Below, piece after piece: positions 13,090-25,540 of a stretch of 64,000 nt of DNA (positions are counted from its first letter, which is position 1; each line of letters opens with the position of its first letter). Position numbers and translations under genes: made by a program. This DNA comes from Octopus sinensis. Lineage: Eukaryota. The DNA lies in contig NC_043008.1 of NCBI RefSeq assembly GCF_006345805.1, forward strand, positions 67,642,001-67,706,000, in the 5' to 3' direction. The notes under the pieces were generated by a model. It saw only the letters and a list, made by a program, of their open reading frames with translations. It was not told the origin of the DNA and did no database searches.

Positions 13090-14730
13090 TGCGCATGTGT
13101 GTTGTATGTGTTACAGATAAGTGAACCAAATTTCGCTCAGAACATTGTTTACAGCCTTCATAAGAAGCATGATCCATCAATAGGCAATGAGTGCCATACA
13201 GCTTTCAGAACAGAGAACTGAGGTGGTCGGGAACATACTAAATGGAAATCGAAATTCCAGTTCACAAGATATAGATCCATGATTATTTCTAATTCAATGT
13301 ATTCATTCGAAGTAATAAGTTCAGCAACATAGAATGGGCTTGTTGTGGCATGCATTTCTCAAAGGCTTTGACGTACCTAAATGAAGCGAACTGACTGCAA
13401 GCATGAATCGAAACCTAGCCGATAGCTCAATATGCCGATATCATTACTTCTTGCTGAGGCTGCGAATTGGCAGAGTCGTGAGAGCATCGAATAGAAGCCG
13501 CTGCGGTATTTGTTCGAAATTTTTTTGCGCTGTAAGTCCAAATCCTACTGAGTTTAACATTACCTGTAATACCTTTCTATACAAAAAGTAGCAACCCTGG
13601 TGAACTAGTGAAATTGTTAAAAGGCACGGGCAAGTTACGTTATGGCATCCGGTCTTACTCGTTGCGTTCCAGGAGGAATGTCTGCGATGACACTGGTACC
13701 AAGCTGTATTGACCAACATCAGCAGTCTTTTCCTTGGATAAACATCACTATCGTGGAAGAGTGAAGCTTGCATGCCTGGACACCTGCTCGTCTTCGTAAA
13801 AACATCACGCGCAGAGCTGAACATACATGTGCAGAGACATCATGATCAAATTTGACCGACGAAGGACCCAGCTTAGATGCTTAAATTCATGTTGTTGTTG
13901 TCTAGCCTCCGATGAGCACTAATATTATAGAGCTGATGAATTGCATTCCACCCATGACCAGTCCTGTTTTTCGGGCATGTGATTTTTCCATTTTGAAAAC
14001 AAATGGATGTAATCTGATGGAGATTTGGCTATATATTTTAGCTAATCAAACATCACGTAGAGGCTTCTCCTGTCAAACATAATGACGGTCCGCCGGTTAC
14101 GACGGCAATGGTTCCAGCTGATCCGATCAACGGAACAGCCTGCACGTGAAATTAAACACGCAAGTGGCTGACCACTCCACAGACATGCGCACCCACGACG
14201 TAATTCTCTGGGAGGTTCAGCGCGACACAGAATGTGACATGGCTGGCCCTTTGAATTTACAGGTACAACCCACTTTTGCCAGCTGAGTGAACTGGAGCGA
14301 CGTGAAGTAAAGTGTCTACCTGGAACCGAACAGACGACCTTACGATCATAAGCCAAATACTCTAACCACTAAGCCACGCGTCTTCTCTTGTCAAACATAG
14401 GAGAGAGATGACCAAAGCTTTTAGACATACTGGAGATTAAAATATGTGATGGCACGCAATACTAGTTTCCATAACGGGTCTTTCATTTTGATGACTGACC
14501 GACCACGACCGACTATGGACCATAAAATTGAAAACTGAAGACGGATAGAATCTGAATTCTTAACTAATTAAAATACTGGAATTGGTTCCAGTCGATTAAT
14601 ATACACGTTTGTATACGTGTATCACAATCAGAAATCGATAACTTTTGAAAACATTCACAGAATATAACACAGCTGTCATAACAATGTCGTAAGAATGTCA
14701 TAATGCCGCATTGTAAAACAACAATGCAGC

Positions 14731-14800
<70 letters not shown>

Positions 14801-14860
14801 TGTGTGTGTGTACGCGTATGTAAGCTGTTGGCTCTACAACTAAGCGTTTGCTGAGTGCTG

Positions 14861-14923
<63 letters not shown>

Positions 14924-16262
14924 TTCAAAATTTGGCAATAGGCCAGCAATTTCAGGATTTGGGTGTGTCGATTACATCGACCCCAGTGCTCAGCTGTTAC
15001 TTTATTATTATAGTTGCTAAAAGGATGAAGGGCAAACTCGACCCTGGGCGGAATTTGAATTCAGAACATGAAGACGGATGATATGTTGTTAATCATCTTA
15101 TCCGGCATAATAACGATTCTGCTGCCGGCTCACCGGTTTTTGATTTAGGTAGAAGGCCAACCATTCTGAAGGGAAAAGGTTTAGTAACATATCATCGACT
15201 GCAGTACGCGACTGATACTTTATTTTATCGACCCCCCAACCTCAGTGGGATGATGGAGAAAGTTGCCTTCGAGATCAATGCAATATGTGGTAAAGCCGGA
15301 TTGGAAAAGGTGTGATGCGAAGTTATGATATTCAGTCTATTCTCAAACATATAAACAACATAAGCGAAGCGATAGCATCGGCTGAGGATCGAAATCCCTT
15401 CTCTCAATTCTCCTGAAGAGGCTTTAAGCCATACGGCACTCATCTTAATTATAGGCATAGAATAGATGGCTACTCACAAACACACACATTCACACACACA
15501 CAGGGTGGTGTAAAAAAAATTGAGATTATGTGATGTTCATGCAGGTTCCATGTTTTTTTTTTTTGCCACCCAGTGATCTACCTAGACGTTAAAGCCGTGA
15601 AGAATGCCTCTTCATTAGGATTTTGATGTCATTGCTGCCGTTGTTCCCGCATCTGCTGATGCTATTTTTGCTGTTGTTGTTGTTGTTGTTTGTAATGATG
15701 GTGTTGTTATTTAGCATTGCCGCGTTTCTTTGAATTTTGAGTCTCTAGATTCGTTTGCGACCAAATCCAGAATTGTAACTTTTCCCGCTCTCAGACTTCT
15801 TGTAAAAACGGTCGTTAGGGCTCGAGGAAGTCTGTGCGTGTATGTGTGTGCGTATGAATGTATATATATATATGCATGTATGTATGTATATATATGTATG
15901 TATGTATGTTTGTATATACATATGTATGTGTATGTTTATATGTATGTGCGTATGTGTGCGCACGTGTGTATGTCAATGTATGATTGTGTGTGCTATTACT
16001 GAATTGATTGTAAATGATCATACATATATAATTGCATAATAGTATCAATGGATATACACAAACCACACATACACACATGCTCACACACACACACTAATAC
16101 GTACAGGTTAAACATTATATACGCTAGCATATGTTCACACACTCATACACACTCATTCATAATGAAGTGCATAGACACATAAAACCGAAAGCGTGAAAAA
16201 AAAAATTAATGTGACAACAACTAAGAAGAAAATGATAAAATAAGGAAAGGTGAAAGACTTAC

Positions 16263-16307
16263 CAAAGTTGAGAATAAAAGAGTAACAAGAAACCGTTGAA
16301 TATACAT
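16263..16307 (-). CDS. Exon 1 (coding part) of secreted double-VWA protein; signal peptide N-part MYIQRFLVTLLFSTL
   Basis: ATG at 16307, 45 nt open, then a GTAAGT donor; hydrophobic core; its phase 0 end matches the next exon. Confidence 0.75.
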
Positions 16308-16574
16308 GATTATGCTATTATTGATAATTATAGCTGACGCCGTGGATTGTAGAGAAGATAAAGTAATAAGGATTCACGAAGTTCTTTCGTCAAAACTTTG
16401 GTTGACTCGTCTGGATGCTCAATGAATGTAAATTTTTATAAATATGTGAAGATATTCGTATATATCGGCTTCTTCTGAGCAAGTAATGGTAGTTGTGACT
16501 TGGTATATTTTTCTGTGTTTGTTGAAATAATATTGTTATGCTGCGCAACGTCTGTTAATGTATCGTGTTTCTAT

Positions 16575-16615
16575 TAACTGTGCTGCTCTGGTTCATAGAA
16601 GAAGGTTTATATAAA
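16575..16615 (-). promoter_or_regulatory. Candidate core promoter (TATA box plus Inr-like motif) of the VWA gene
   Basis: TATATAAA on the minus strand at 16606-16613; Inr-like ACAGTT with A at 16579, about 32 nt downstream and about 270 nt before the ATG. Confidence 0.45.
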
Positions 16616-17219
16616 GCGATCACTGAGTTGAAGAAGTGACTTATGATGTCGATGAGCTGTGAGCTTGTATTTATATATGTTATGGAACTGTAAAGAAATA
16701 AATATAAATACATGCGCGAACACCCGCTACCACGTTACGTTGGGGGCGTTTACAGAGTGAGAGAGAGTGGGGGACGACACGAAAAAGCGAAAAGAGGAAG
16801 GAGAATCGAAAATAAAAGAAAAAAGGAAAAGAAAAATCTGTAGAAAGAGGAGGGAAAAAATAGCAGAACAACAACAATAATAACAAATAACGATATAATA
16901 GTTGTTAATAAAACACCATCTGCCAAGCAGGCGTGTGCGACTTTGAGTGCGTGAGTGCGTGTGTGAGTATTGGTATGTGTATGTGTATGTGTGTAGGTGT
17001 CCATTCATACCCAAAGTGTTTGTGGTTATCGTAACGTATGACCATATATGGCAAATAGCTGACATTTCATTGGTCGGCTTTTACGAGCCAACACTTAGCG
17101 CTTAGACCCCCCAACACTTCCCAATGGACGTCTAAAGGAATTTTAGCGGAAGATGCAACAAACATTTCTTAATGTTATTCAAATACATTTGTTCTATCCC
17201 CCAGACCAACTCCTTATGT

Positions 17220-17226
17220 CACATAT

Positions 17227-17309
<83 letters not shown>

Positions 17310-17646
17310 TAAGGTATGTAGAAAAATACAACATGGACAAGAACGTATAACTCATGTGTATACACACACACACACACCCATATACATATATACATTATAT
17401 ACATATACATACTGTCTCTCAAACACACACATCTATTCAAGTATATACCCCCACACGTACGCACACACACACACACAACACACACACACACACGTGAATA
17501 TGTATACACACATATGCATGTGAGCGTGTATATCTATAGTGTTGTGTGTGTATACGTATATCTATATATGTATTCTTTTTAAACTGAGTGATTTATTGAT
17601 ATCTGCGTAGGTGCCTTAATCCCTTTTCTTTCTTCTAACTATATAT

Positions 17647-17720
<74 letters not shown>

Positions 17721-17735
17721 TATATATACATATAC

Positions 17736-17766
<31 letters not shown>

Positions 17767-17776
17767 CATATTACAT

Positions 17777-17830
<54 letters not shown>

Positions 17831-17910
17831 ATATATATATATATATATATATACATACACACAAACATGTAAATATACGTACATACATACACACATACAT
17901 ATGTGTGTAT
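17220..17910. repeat. Representative compound (TA)/(CA)/(TACA) microsatellite field; many similar fields occur, e.g. 43115-43440 (TATC)n, 28585-28700 (GAA)n, 50340-50570 (TA)n
   Basis: Direct inspection. Confidence 0.95.
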
Positions 17911-18284
17911 GTATGTCTGTGCACAAGTCAAGTACATTTGCGTGTAAGAGCGTGTATATTTCTCCCGCCATTTCTCACTCACCTTCCACTCCCCATCCCA
18001 CATAACTGATCTGTCATGTTGTAGGATGTAAACTTGTTCCGACTGATTTGGTGTCGTTTCTTACGGAAGAGGCGCATGAGTGGGAAGATGGTGGGGGAAG
18101 GGCGATGTAAAAATAGAAGCTTTTCTTATTATTTTGTCTATTTCAGTTCCAGAAGTTTCGGAGTATTCCGACATTCCTTCATTTTTTATATTTTTACATG
18201 CTTTGCGTGTTTTGTTAATTTTCTTCCAGATAGATCATTCCAGCCTTACAAGGACATAATAGCAATATATATATATATATATAT

Positions 18285-18670
18285 ACTCTTTTACTTGTTT
18301 CAGTCATTTGACTGCGGCCATGCTGGAGCACCGCCTTTAATCGAGCAACTCGATCCCGGGACTTATTCTTTTTGTAAGCCCAGTACTTATTCTATCGGTC
18401 TCGTTTGCCGAAGCGCTAAGTAACGCGGACATAAACACACCAGTATCGGTTGTCAAGCAATGCTAGGGGGACAAACACAGACACACACACACACTCATAT
18501 ATATATATATACATATATACGACGGGCTTCTTTCAGTTTCCGTCTACCAAATCCACTCACAAGGCTTTGGTCGGCCCGAGGCTATAGTAGAAGACACTTG
18601 CCCAAGGTGCCACGCAGTGGGACTGAACCCGGAACCATGTGGTTGGTAAACAAGCTACTTACCACACAGC

Positions 18671-18674
<4 letters not shown>
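18285..18674 (-). mobile_element. Abundant tRNA-derived SINE with an internal (CA/TA) microsatellite
   Basis: ccactcacaaggctttggtcggcccgaggctatagtagaagacacttgcccaagg...; copies at 1-340(+), 4930-5160, 21340-21712, 30997-31337, 37687-38106, 46037-46439, 46560-46762, 61600-61830 (minus). Confidence 0.9.
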
Positions 18675-18737
<63 letters not shown>

Positions 18738-18864
18738 TGTATGTATATGTGTGTGTGTGAGTGTATGTATGGATATATATATGTATATGTATACTTATTT
18801 ATATGTGTGTGAGTGTGTGTGTGTGTATGTATATTTGTATATATATATATTTATATATATAGGG

Positions 18865-19065
18865 GGAGAATTCACAAAAAAAACAACCAAAAGACGAAGA
18901 CAGGTGGTGTAGACAACGAGCAGATGTATTAGTATAACGTTCGGGAAGTGAAAAAGTCTTTAATGTTTCGAGCCTACGCTCTTCCACAGATAGGAAAATA
19001 GAAAGAAGGAGAGAAAATAAAGAGAGAAAATAAAGAATGTGTAGTGGCTAGCGATCTATCATGGC
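18865..19065 (-). mobile_element. Penelope-like terminal-repeat fragment inserted in (TA)n
   Basis: Same family as 23670-24020. Confidence 0.55.
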
Positions 19066-19132
19066 GAATATATATACATACATACACATACATACATACA
19101 TACATACATACATACATACATACATTTATACA

Positions 19133-19171
<39 letters not shown>

Positions 19172-19198
19172 TGTATATACAATATACATATATTATAT

Positions 19199-19229
<31 letters not shown>

Positions 19230-19243
19230 CATACATACATACA

Positions 19244-19276
<33 letters not shown>

Positions 19277-19546
19277 GTTCTAATGCCCGAAATGCGGAGT
19301 AGATAAAACTGTGGACAACTGATGAAGGGGTTATCCTTTATGTTGCCCATCTTGTTTTTCTATTTGTTTCTTTTGTTGTTCGCAAAAAGAGATCGTTTTC
19401 CATGTTTTTGTATTTCATGTTCTCGTTTTTATGTTGTTTACGTCTTTTGACGTCCTGTATATCTATATATATGCATGTGTATATACATGTACGTGTATAT
19501 GATTGAACGCCACGCATCCATTTCCAAGTATGTATTATCTATATGA

Positions 19547-19593
<47 letters not shown>

Positions 19594-19742
19594 AGCATAA
19601 TAAATCTCTGAGGGGGCTAAAATCGTATATATACTTCACAATATATATATATATATATTATATATATACATATATACATACTCACACACACACACATAAT
19701 ATATATATATACAAGAATGTATACATACATTTACACACACAA

Positions 19743-19775
<33 letters not shown>

Positions 19776-19776
19776 T

Positions 19777-19825
<49 letters not shown>

Positions 19826-19881
19826 CATAATCCATATATATATACATGTATACATACATACACCCCCCCCCACACGCACAC

Positions 19882-20097
19882 ACGAATGGCTGCTGAAAAG
19901 TCCTTGGCTTTCAGGGCGTCGTGAAAGGCCTGGTTCGAGGCACAACCTTCCCAGTTCTTTTACGGACTTAGAAAAACGGAAGGACCACTGCAATAAGTGT
20001 GTGAATCTGAGGGGAAATGTGTTGAATGAAATCATAAACCTATTCTCCTGTATTTTCTTCCACCCAGAAGCCAGGAACTTTCTTGCAACCCCTCATA
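19882..20097. mobile_element. Mariner-derived MITE
   Basis: Imperfect TIRs cgaatggctgctgaaaagtccttggctt / aagccaggaactttcttgcaacccctca; internal CNKCVNLRG resembles a mariner C-terminus. Confidence 0.65.
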
Positions 20098-20099
20098 CA

Positions 20100-20164
<65 letters not shown>

Positions 20165-20181
20165 ACACACTTACACACACA

Positions 20182-20212
<31 letters not shown>

Positions 20213-20350
20213 ACTGTTGTGTCTTGGCGAGGCCACTACACCAATACTACATAAACTCACTTTAAGAATATTACAATTCAAATACAGAAATGAAGTATAT
20301 TCGCCTGTGTGTGTGAGTGAGTGTGTATGTGTGTGTGTGTGTGCGTGTGA

Positions 20351-20407
<57 letters not shown>

Positions 20408-21131
20408 CGTGTGCACGCGCGCGCGCGCATTTTCTGAACTATGGAATTCGTCAGGTCGGTTACTCGGTTTACATGGCATATGGGTGACCGAGACCACAAT
20501 ACTCTCCTGATGGGGACACAAGTCCGTTGCAGGGTTCGAGGCCAGAAATTTTGAGAGAGTGGACAAGTCGATTACATCGACACCGCTACTTGCTTGACTG
20601 GTACTCTGTTTTATCGAGCCTGAGGGAATAAAAAGCAAATTTAATCACGGCACGATTTGAACTCAGAACGAAAAAACGTCAGAATTGTTTATATATATAT
20701 AAATGTGCGATGATACACACACACACGCACACACACACATGTATATATGTTCGTTTAAAAGTATCATATGTATGCATATATATATATAATATATATATAT
20801 AATATATACACATATGTTTGTGCATGTGTGTGAGGAATATGTGTTATGTATATATTATTTGTTTACGTAATTACCTCTGTATATATATTATATTAATATA
20901 TATATATATATATATATATATGGTTTATTCTGTTATGCTTTTACGTTTCACTTACCGGAGTGCGGGTCAGACTGGAACACCGCTTTGAAGTGTTTACTCT
21001 ATCATATTGTCACCAATACTTACATATTTTGTTTTTGGTTTTTATTTTAGAATCTGGCACTTGTTCTATCGATCCTGCTTGTTAAACTGCTATATTACAT
21101 GGTTATAAACAAACCGACGCCGGTTGTCAAG

Positions 21132-21231
21132 NNNNNNNNNNNNNNNNNNNNNNNNNNNNNNNNNNNNNNNNNNNNNNNNNNNNNNNNNNNNNNNNNNNNN
21201 NNNNNNNNNNNNNNNNNNNNNNNNNNNNNNN
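21132..21231. other. Assembly gap (100 N)
   Basis: Run of N. Confidence 1.
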
Positions 21232-21585
21232 AACTAATGACGTCCCCCGCGACTCAAGGCTTGCTAGACAAACATACCTCAACAAATCTAAGCGGATAAT
21301 CATTCCACACATCAACAAAAGCTTACGTATACTCTTACTCTCTTTTACTCTTTTGCTTGTTTCAGTCATTTTGACTGAGGCCATGCTGGAGCACCGCCTT
21401 TAGTCGAGCAAATCGATCCCCCAGGACTTATTCTTTGTAAGCCTAGCACTTATTTTATCGGTCTCTTTTGCCGAACCGCTAATTTACGGGAACGTAAACA
21501 CACCAGTATCGGTTGTGAAGTGATGTTGGTGGTGGTGGTGGTGGGGACAAACACAGACACACAAACATATACACACACATACACA

Positions 21586-21629
<44 letters not shown>

Positions 21630-21924
21630 TACGACAGGCTTCTTTCAGTTTCCGTCTATCAAATCCACCCAAAAGGCTTTGGTCGACCCGAGGCTATAGT
21701 AGAAGACACTTGCTCGATTTACTTGAGAATAATGCCAATATGAACAGTAAATGCAATATCGTTTGAACTTTCGGCCATTACATAACATTACACCTTTTGC
21801 AATCCAAGAACAAGAGGTAGCTGTTAAATATCTGTCGAACAAAAGAGAGAGTAAAGCACTTTACACCTTTAAGATGGAAACAAAAATGTTCACGTCAGAT
21901 ATCTGTGGTAGACATTACACATCT

Positions 21925-22341
21925 TATTTCTTAACTGCCCACAAGGGGCTACACACAGAGGGGACAAACAAGGACAGACAAATGGATTAAATCGATTACA
22001 TCGACCCCAGTGCGTAACTGGTACTTATTTAATCGATCCCGAAAGGATGAAAGGCAAAGTCGACGTCGGCGGATTTTGAACTCAGAACGTAAAGGCAGAC
22101 GAAATACCTATTTCTTTACTACCCACAAGGGGCTACACACAGAGAGGACAAACTAGGACAGACAGACGGACTAAGTCGATTATATCGACCCGTGCGTAAC
22201 TGGTACTTAATTTATCGACCCCGAAGGGATGAAAGGCAAAGTTGACCGCGGTGGAATTTGAACTCAGAACGTAACGGCAGACGAAATACCACTAAGCATT
22301 TCGCCCGGTGTGCTAACGTTTCTGCCTTGATGTGTAATAAC
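21925..22341 (-). mobile_element. Dimeric SINE inserted as one unit
   Basis: Two tandem units bounded by a 16-bp TSD tagacattacacatct (21909-21924 and 22342-22357). Confidence 0.88.
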
Positions 22342-22850
22342 TAGACATTACACATCTAGTCAGCCACAGCCCACAGATATTTCCTCAAGGTATTTTCTTC
22401 CTGTGTATATGACCTCGCTAAGAGATGGTTCCACACTTCTCAAAATCCTGGAACTCCCATACCAGGGTCCCACAATCGGATACAGTTTCAAGTCATACCT
22501 AGGATACTGCTGTTCTGGATTTGGCAAAGTAAGGAAGATAAGGCAGGGTTTAGTAAGCACGCCAGTTGCTGGAACTGCAACATGTGCTACTAATCCGGGT
22601 CAGAGTAGACCGGGAACATTAGTAGTTAAGAGGTGGCTCCACACTCCTCAACATTTTGGAATTCGTACCTGGACCCCGCTACCCTCCTGGGTCTCCTCCT
22701 TGCCACTGGATCAGGCACGGATAAGTAAAAAAGAACCTTCTCGAGTCATGTCGACTCATAAGGGCCGGTTTCCCCAGTTTGCATGATGTATAATTTCCCC
22801 ACCTTGACGGGACATACATACATACATATATACATACATACATACATACA

Positions 22851-22883
<33 letters not shown>

Positions 22884-23669
22884 GTTCTAATGCCCGAAAT
22901 GCAGAGTAGATAAAACTGTGGACAACTGATGAAGGGGTTATCCTTTATGTTGCCCATCTTGTTTTTCTATTTGTTTCTGTCCGTTGCAGGGTTACTCATC
23001 TTTGTCAGCTGAGTGGACTGGAGCAACGTGAAATGAAGTGCTTTAGTCAAGAACACAACGCGTCGCCCGGTCCAGGAATGGAAACCACAATCTTACGATC
23101 ATGACTCCAACGCCCTAACCACTGAGCCACGCGCCTCCACAGTCACAGATAAGTTAAATCGTGTAATGGAGGAGTGCCTGCCCTTCTCATCACTGGAAGC
23201 AAATCTTTGTGCTGACTTCAAACCATTCGATCTTTGATTCGATCCTCATGCCTTCGTCACTGAAACAATATACACTGCCATTCGAGGGAGGGATACTTTA
23301 CACCAGTAAAAAGATATTTCTGATGTTAAGTATATAGATTCTTTCCAATATAAGAAATATTGGCAAAACATTCCAATCAAAACTTTCACTGAACACAAAC
23401 ATAACAAATTTCATGAGGTTGTTTTGGAAACAAACTGTTTCGTTCTGGAAGTTAGGTGGTCAGTGGATGTGAACATTTTATGGAAAGAAAATTAGTTGGG
23501 AGATACAGACATTGGCGTGTGATTAAGAAGTTTGCCACTGCGCGGCACCTTGAGTAAGAGCCTTGTATTATAGCATCGGGCCGATCAGTAATATCTTGCG
23601 AGTGAATTTGATAGACAGAAGCCGCGAGAAAGATCGTCGTATATATATGTATATATATATATATATATA

Positions 23670-24016
23670 TATCATACGCTCACGTGGTCGCACCAGTTGA
23701 TCCTGTCATTTCTTATCACACACGAACTTCTCCTTTTTGACTTTCTATCTACTCTTTACGGATTCTCTTTTGGACATTTACCCTCCGGCTGCATCTCTCC
23801 TACCTACGAATCACTGTGGACTCTACTCTTGATGAAAAATCCTTGCAATACACCACGACGTCAAAAACCTTTGAACTTTACGTAAAACTGTTTTTTCCGT
23901 GTCCCTTTCTGTAGAAGAGCGTAGGCTCGAAACGTAAAAGACTTTTTCAATTCTCGAGCGTTATACAAATACATCTGTATATTTTGTACACCACTTGTCT
24001 TCGTCTTTTTTTTCGT

Positions 24017-24020
<4 letters not shown>
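23670..24020 (+). mobile_element. Penelope-like terminal-repeat fragment
   Basis: Shares GAAGAGCGTAGGCTCGA..AAAGACTTTT..AATACA..TGTCTTC with the copies at 18865-19065 and 24400-24560; flanked by microsatellites. Confidence 0.55.
23901..23942 (+). ncRNA. Hammerhead-like variant (CUGUNGA core) in a Penelope-like terminal repeat; other copies at 18956-18989(-) and 24483-24516(-)
   Basis: cttt-CTGTAGA-a-GAGC gtag GCTC-GAAA-CG-TA-aaag; palindromic ACGT stem III; position 7 varies (A/G/C) between copies. Confidence 0.45.
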
Positions 24021-24059
<39 letters not shown>

Positions 24060-24112
24060 CCGTTAGGTAGAGAGATATGTTCAATTATTCCAGTACCTTC
24101 GAATTTTGGGGT

Positions 24113-24195
24113 CCTATGCTGAAGAGGAAAACGGTTGGTAAAGTATAATTATATATTCTTTATTCCAACCTAATTCCGAAACGCGCGTCCATAGG
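24113..24195 (+). ncRNA. Type I hammerhead ribozyme, minimal Penelope-type, canonical core
   Basis: cctatg-CTGAAGA-long stem II (ggaa..ggttgg/ccaacc..ttcc)-GAAA-palindromic ACGCGCGT-GTC-catagg; stem I is a perfect 6 bp; predicted cleavage after C24189. Confidence 0.8.
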
Positions 24196-24399
24196 TGACC
24201 AGATATTGATTGATTTTCGTTACTTTTTCTCTCTGCCTGTGTGATTCTTTTCAAGTATTTTGGTTTTTCTGGGAGCCCTTTTTTAAAGTAGAAGAAATAG
24301 CTAACGTTTTTTGGCTGCTATTTCTAAACTTCGGTATGTGGTAAAGCAAATCTTTGCTGAACCCTATTTATTAAGTATATATATATATTTATACATTTC

Positions 24400-25540
24400 A
24401 AATTTACAGAAAACAAAAGATGAAGACAGGCGTAGGAACAACAAGCAGGTGTATTAGTTTAATGCTCGGGATAAATGGAAAAGTCTTTTACGTATCGAGC
24501 CTACGCTCTTCGACAGGAAGAATTAAAAGGAAAAAAAGGAAAAAAACGGTGAGAGAAAAACTGTGCAGAGTTCAACGGTTCGGCATGGCGTGATAACAGT
24601 AAAAAAGAGGCTGAATGAAAGGGAGATAATATTAACTGTGATGGTGATCCCAACGAACTTAATGATACAAGAATGGTGTGTGTGAGTGTGTGAGTGTGTA
24701 TATAAGACGGACAAACACGTATATATGATATTTTATCATTTACAAAAGTTGTGAGTGTCAGTGTAATTGTGTGTGTATCTATATGTAGGTGTCTATATAT
24801 GTTTACTCAGAGGTTCTGATAAAAAGGAAGATAAATCTAACAAAAGTTTCCAAAGGACAATATAACACAGAGATAAAATTATGAACTGTTAAGCTATGTA
24901 AAAATTGTAGAAAATATGAAATATGTAAGAATGGAAATACATGTGTAAATAGTGGCGCCAGATTGCTGTAGATAGTAAAAGAGGAAGTATAAAACTACTT
25001 ATGGTGTTACAAGTACAGCAGATATGTAGTATTATCGAGATGAGTATTTCGAACCAAAGAAATAAGGTTAAGTAAGATAACCGATGTATGAAATCAGAGA
25101 CGGACAAAAAGAAAAGAATGAAAAAGAGTACGGAACTGAGATAAGGAAAACAGACAAGGCTAACTGATAATAAAGGACTCAGTTTGAAATTTCAAAAACG
25201 TTACTAATACAAAGGCGCCAGAATAGCTCTAAGGGTAGAACAATGTAGACGGTGTAACTAATAACAAAGATGAGAACACGAGTCTGAATATTCCTGTGAA
25301 CAATAAATGATAATTCTTTACCTCAGGAACTCGGTCAAAATTTAAGGATTGTAAGTTTGTTTTAAAAGGTAGACATCGTAATTAAACTATATGCTTTACT
25401 ATCAGCGAGCAGAGAAAAGATACCCACTTGATTAGTTTCAGTGTTTATTAAAGCGTCATCAGAAATCGATTTTTCATTTCCTGTTCACTTAAGGAACATT
25501 TGTAGCTTAGTACTTTGGGCATTGGATAAAATGTCTTAGG
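24400..25540 (-). mobile_element. Degenerate Penelope-like retroelement 3' part (GIY-YIG remnant, 3' region, terminal repeat)
   Basis: Broken minus-strand frames near 25430-25530 give CPK...RFNKH, resembling the Penelope endonuclease C..C...GET.R...RF.EH region; ends in the same repeat as 23890-24020 and 18865-19065. Confidence 0.45.

Noticed and set aside
15410-15445. CTGAAGA-ggc/gcc hairpin
   Set aside because: GAAA and the closing stem I are missing; a relic at best
19285-19335. ccGAAA...CTGATGAagggg as a type II hammerhead (also at about 22895-22935)
   Set aside because: Stems I and III cannot be formed convincingly around an NUH triplet
19503-20510. 335-aa ORF and many other YI/HT/CV-rich ORFs
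   Set aside because: Translations of (TA)/(CA) microsatellites plus a MITE; no coding signal
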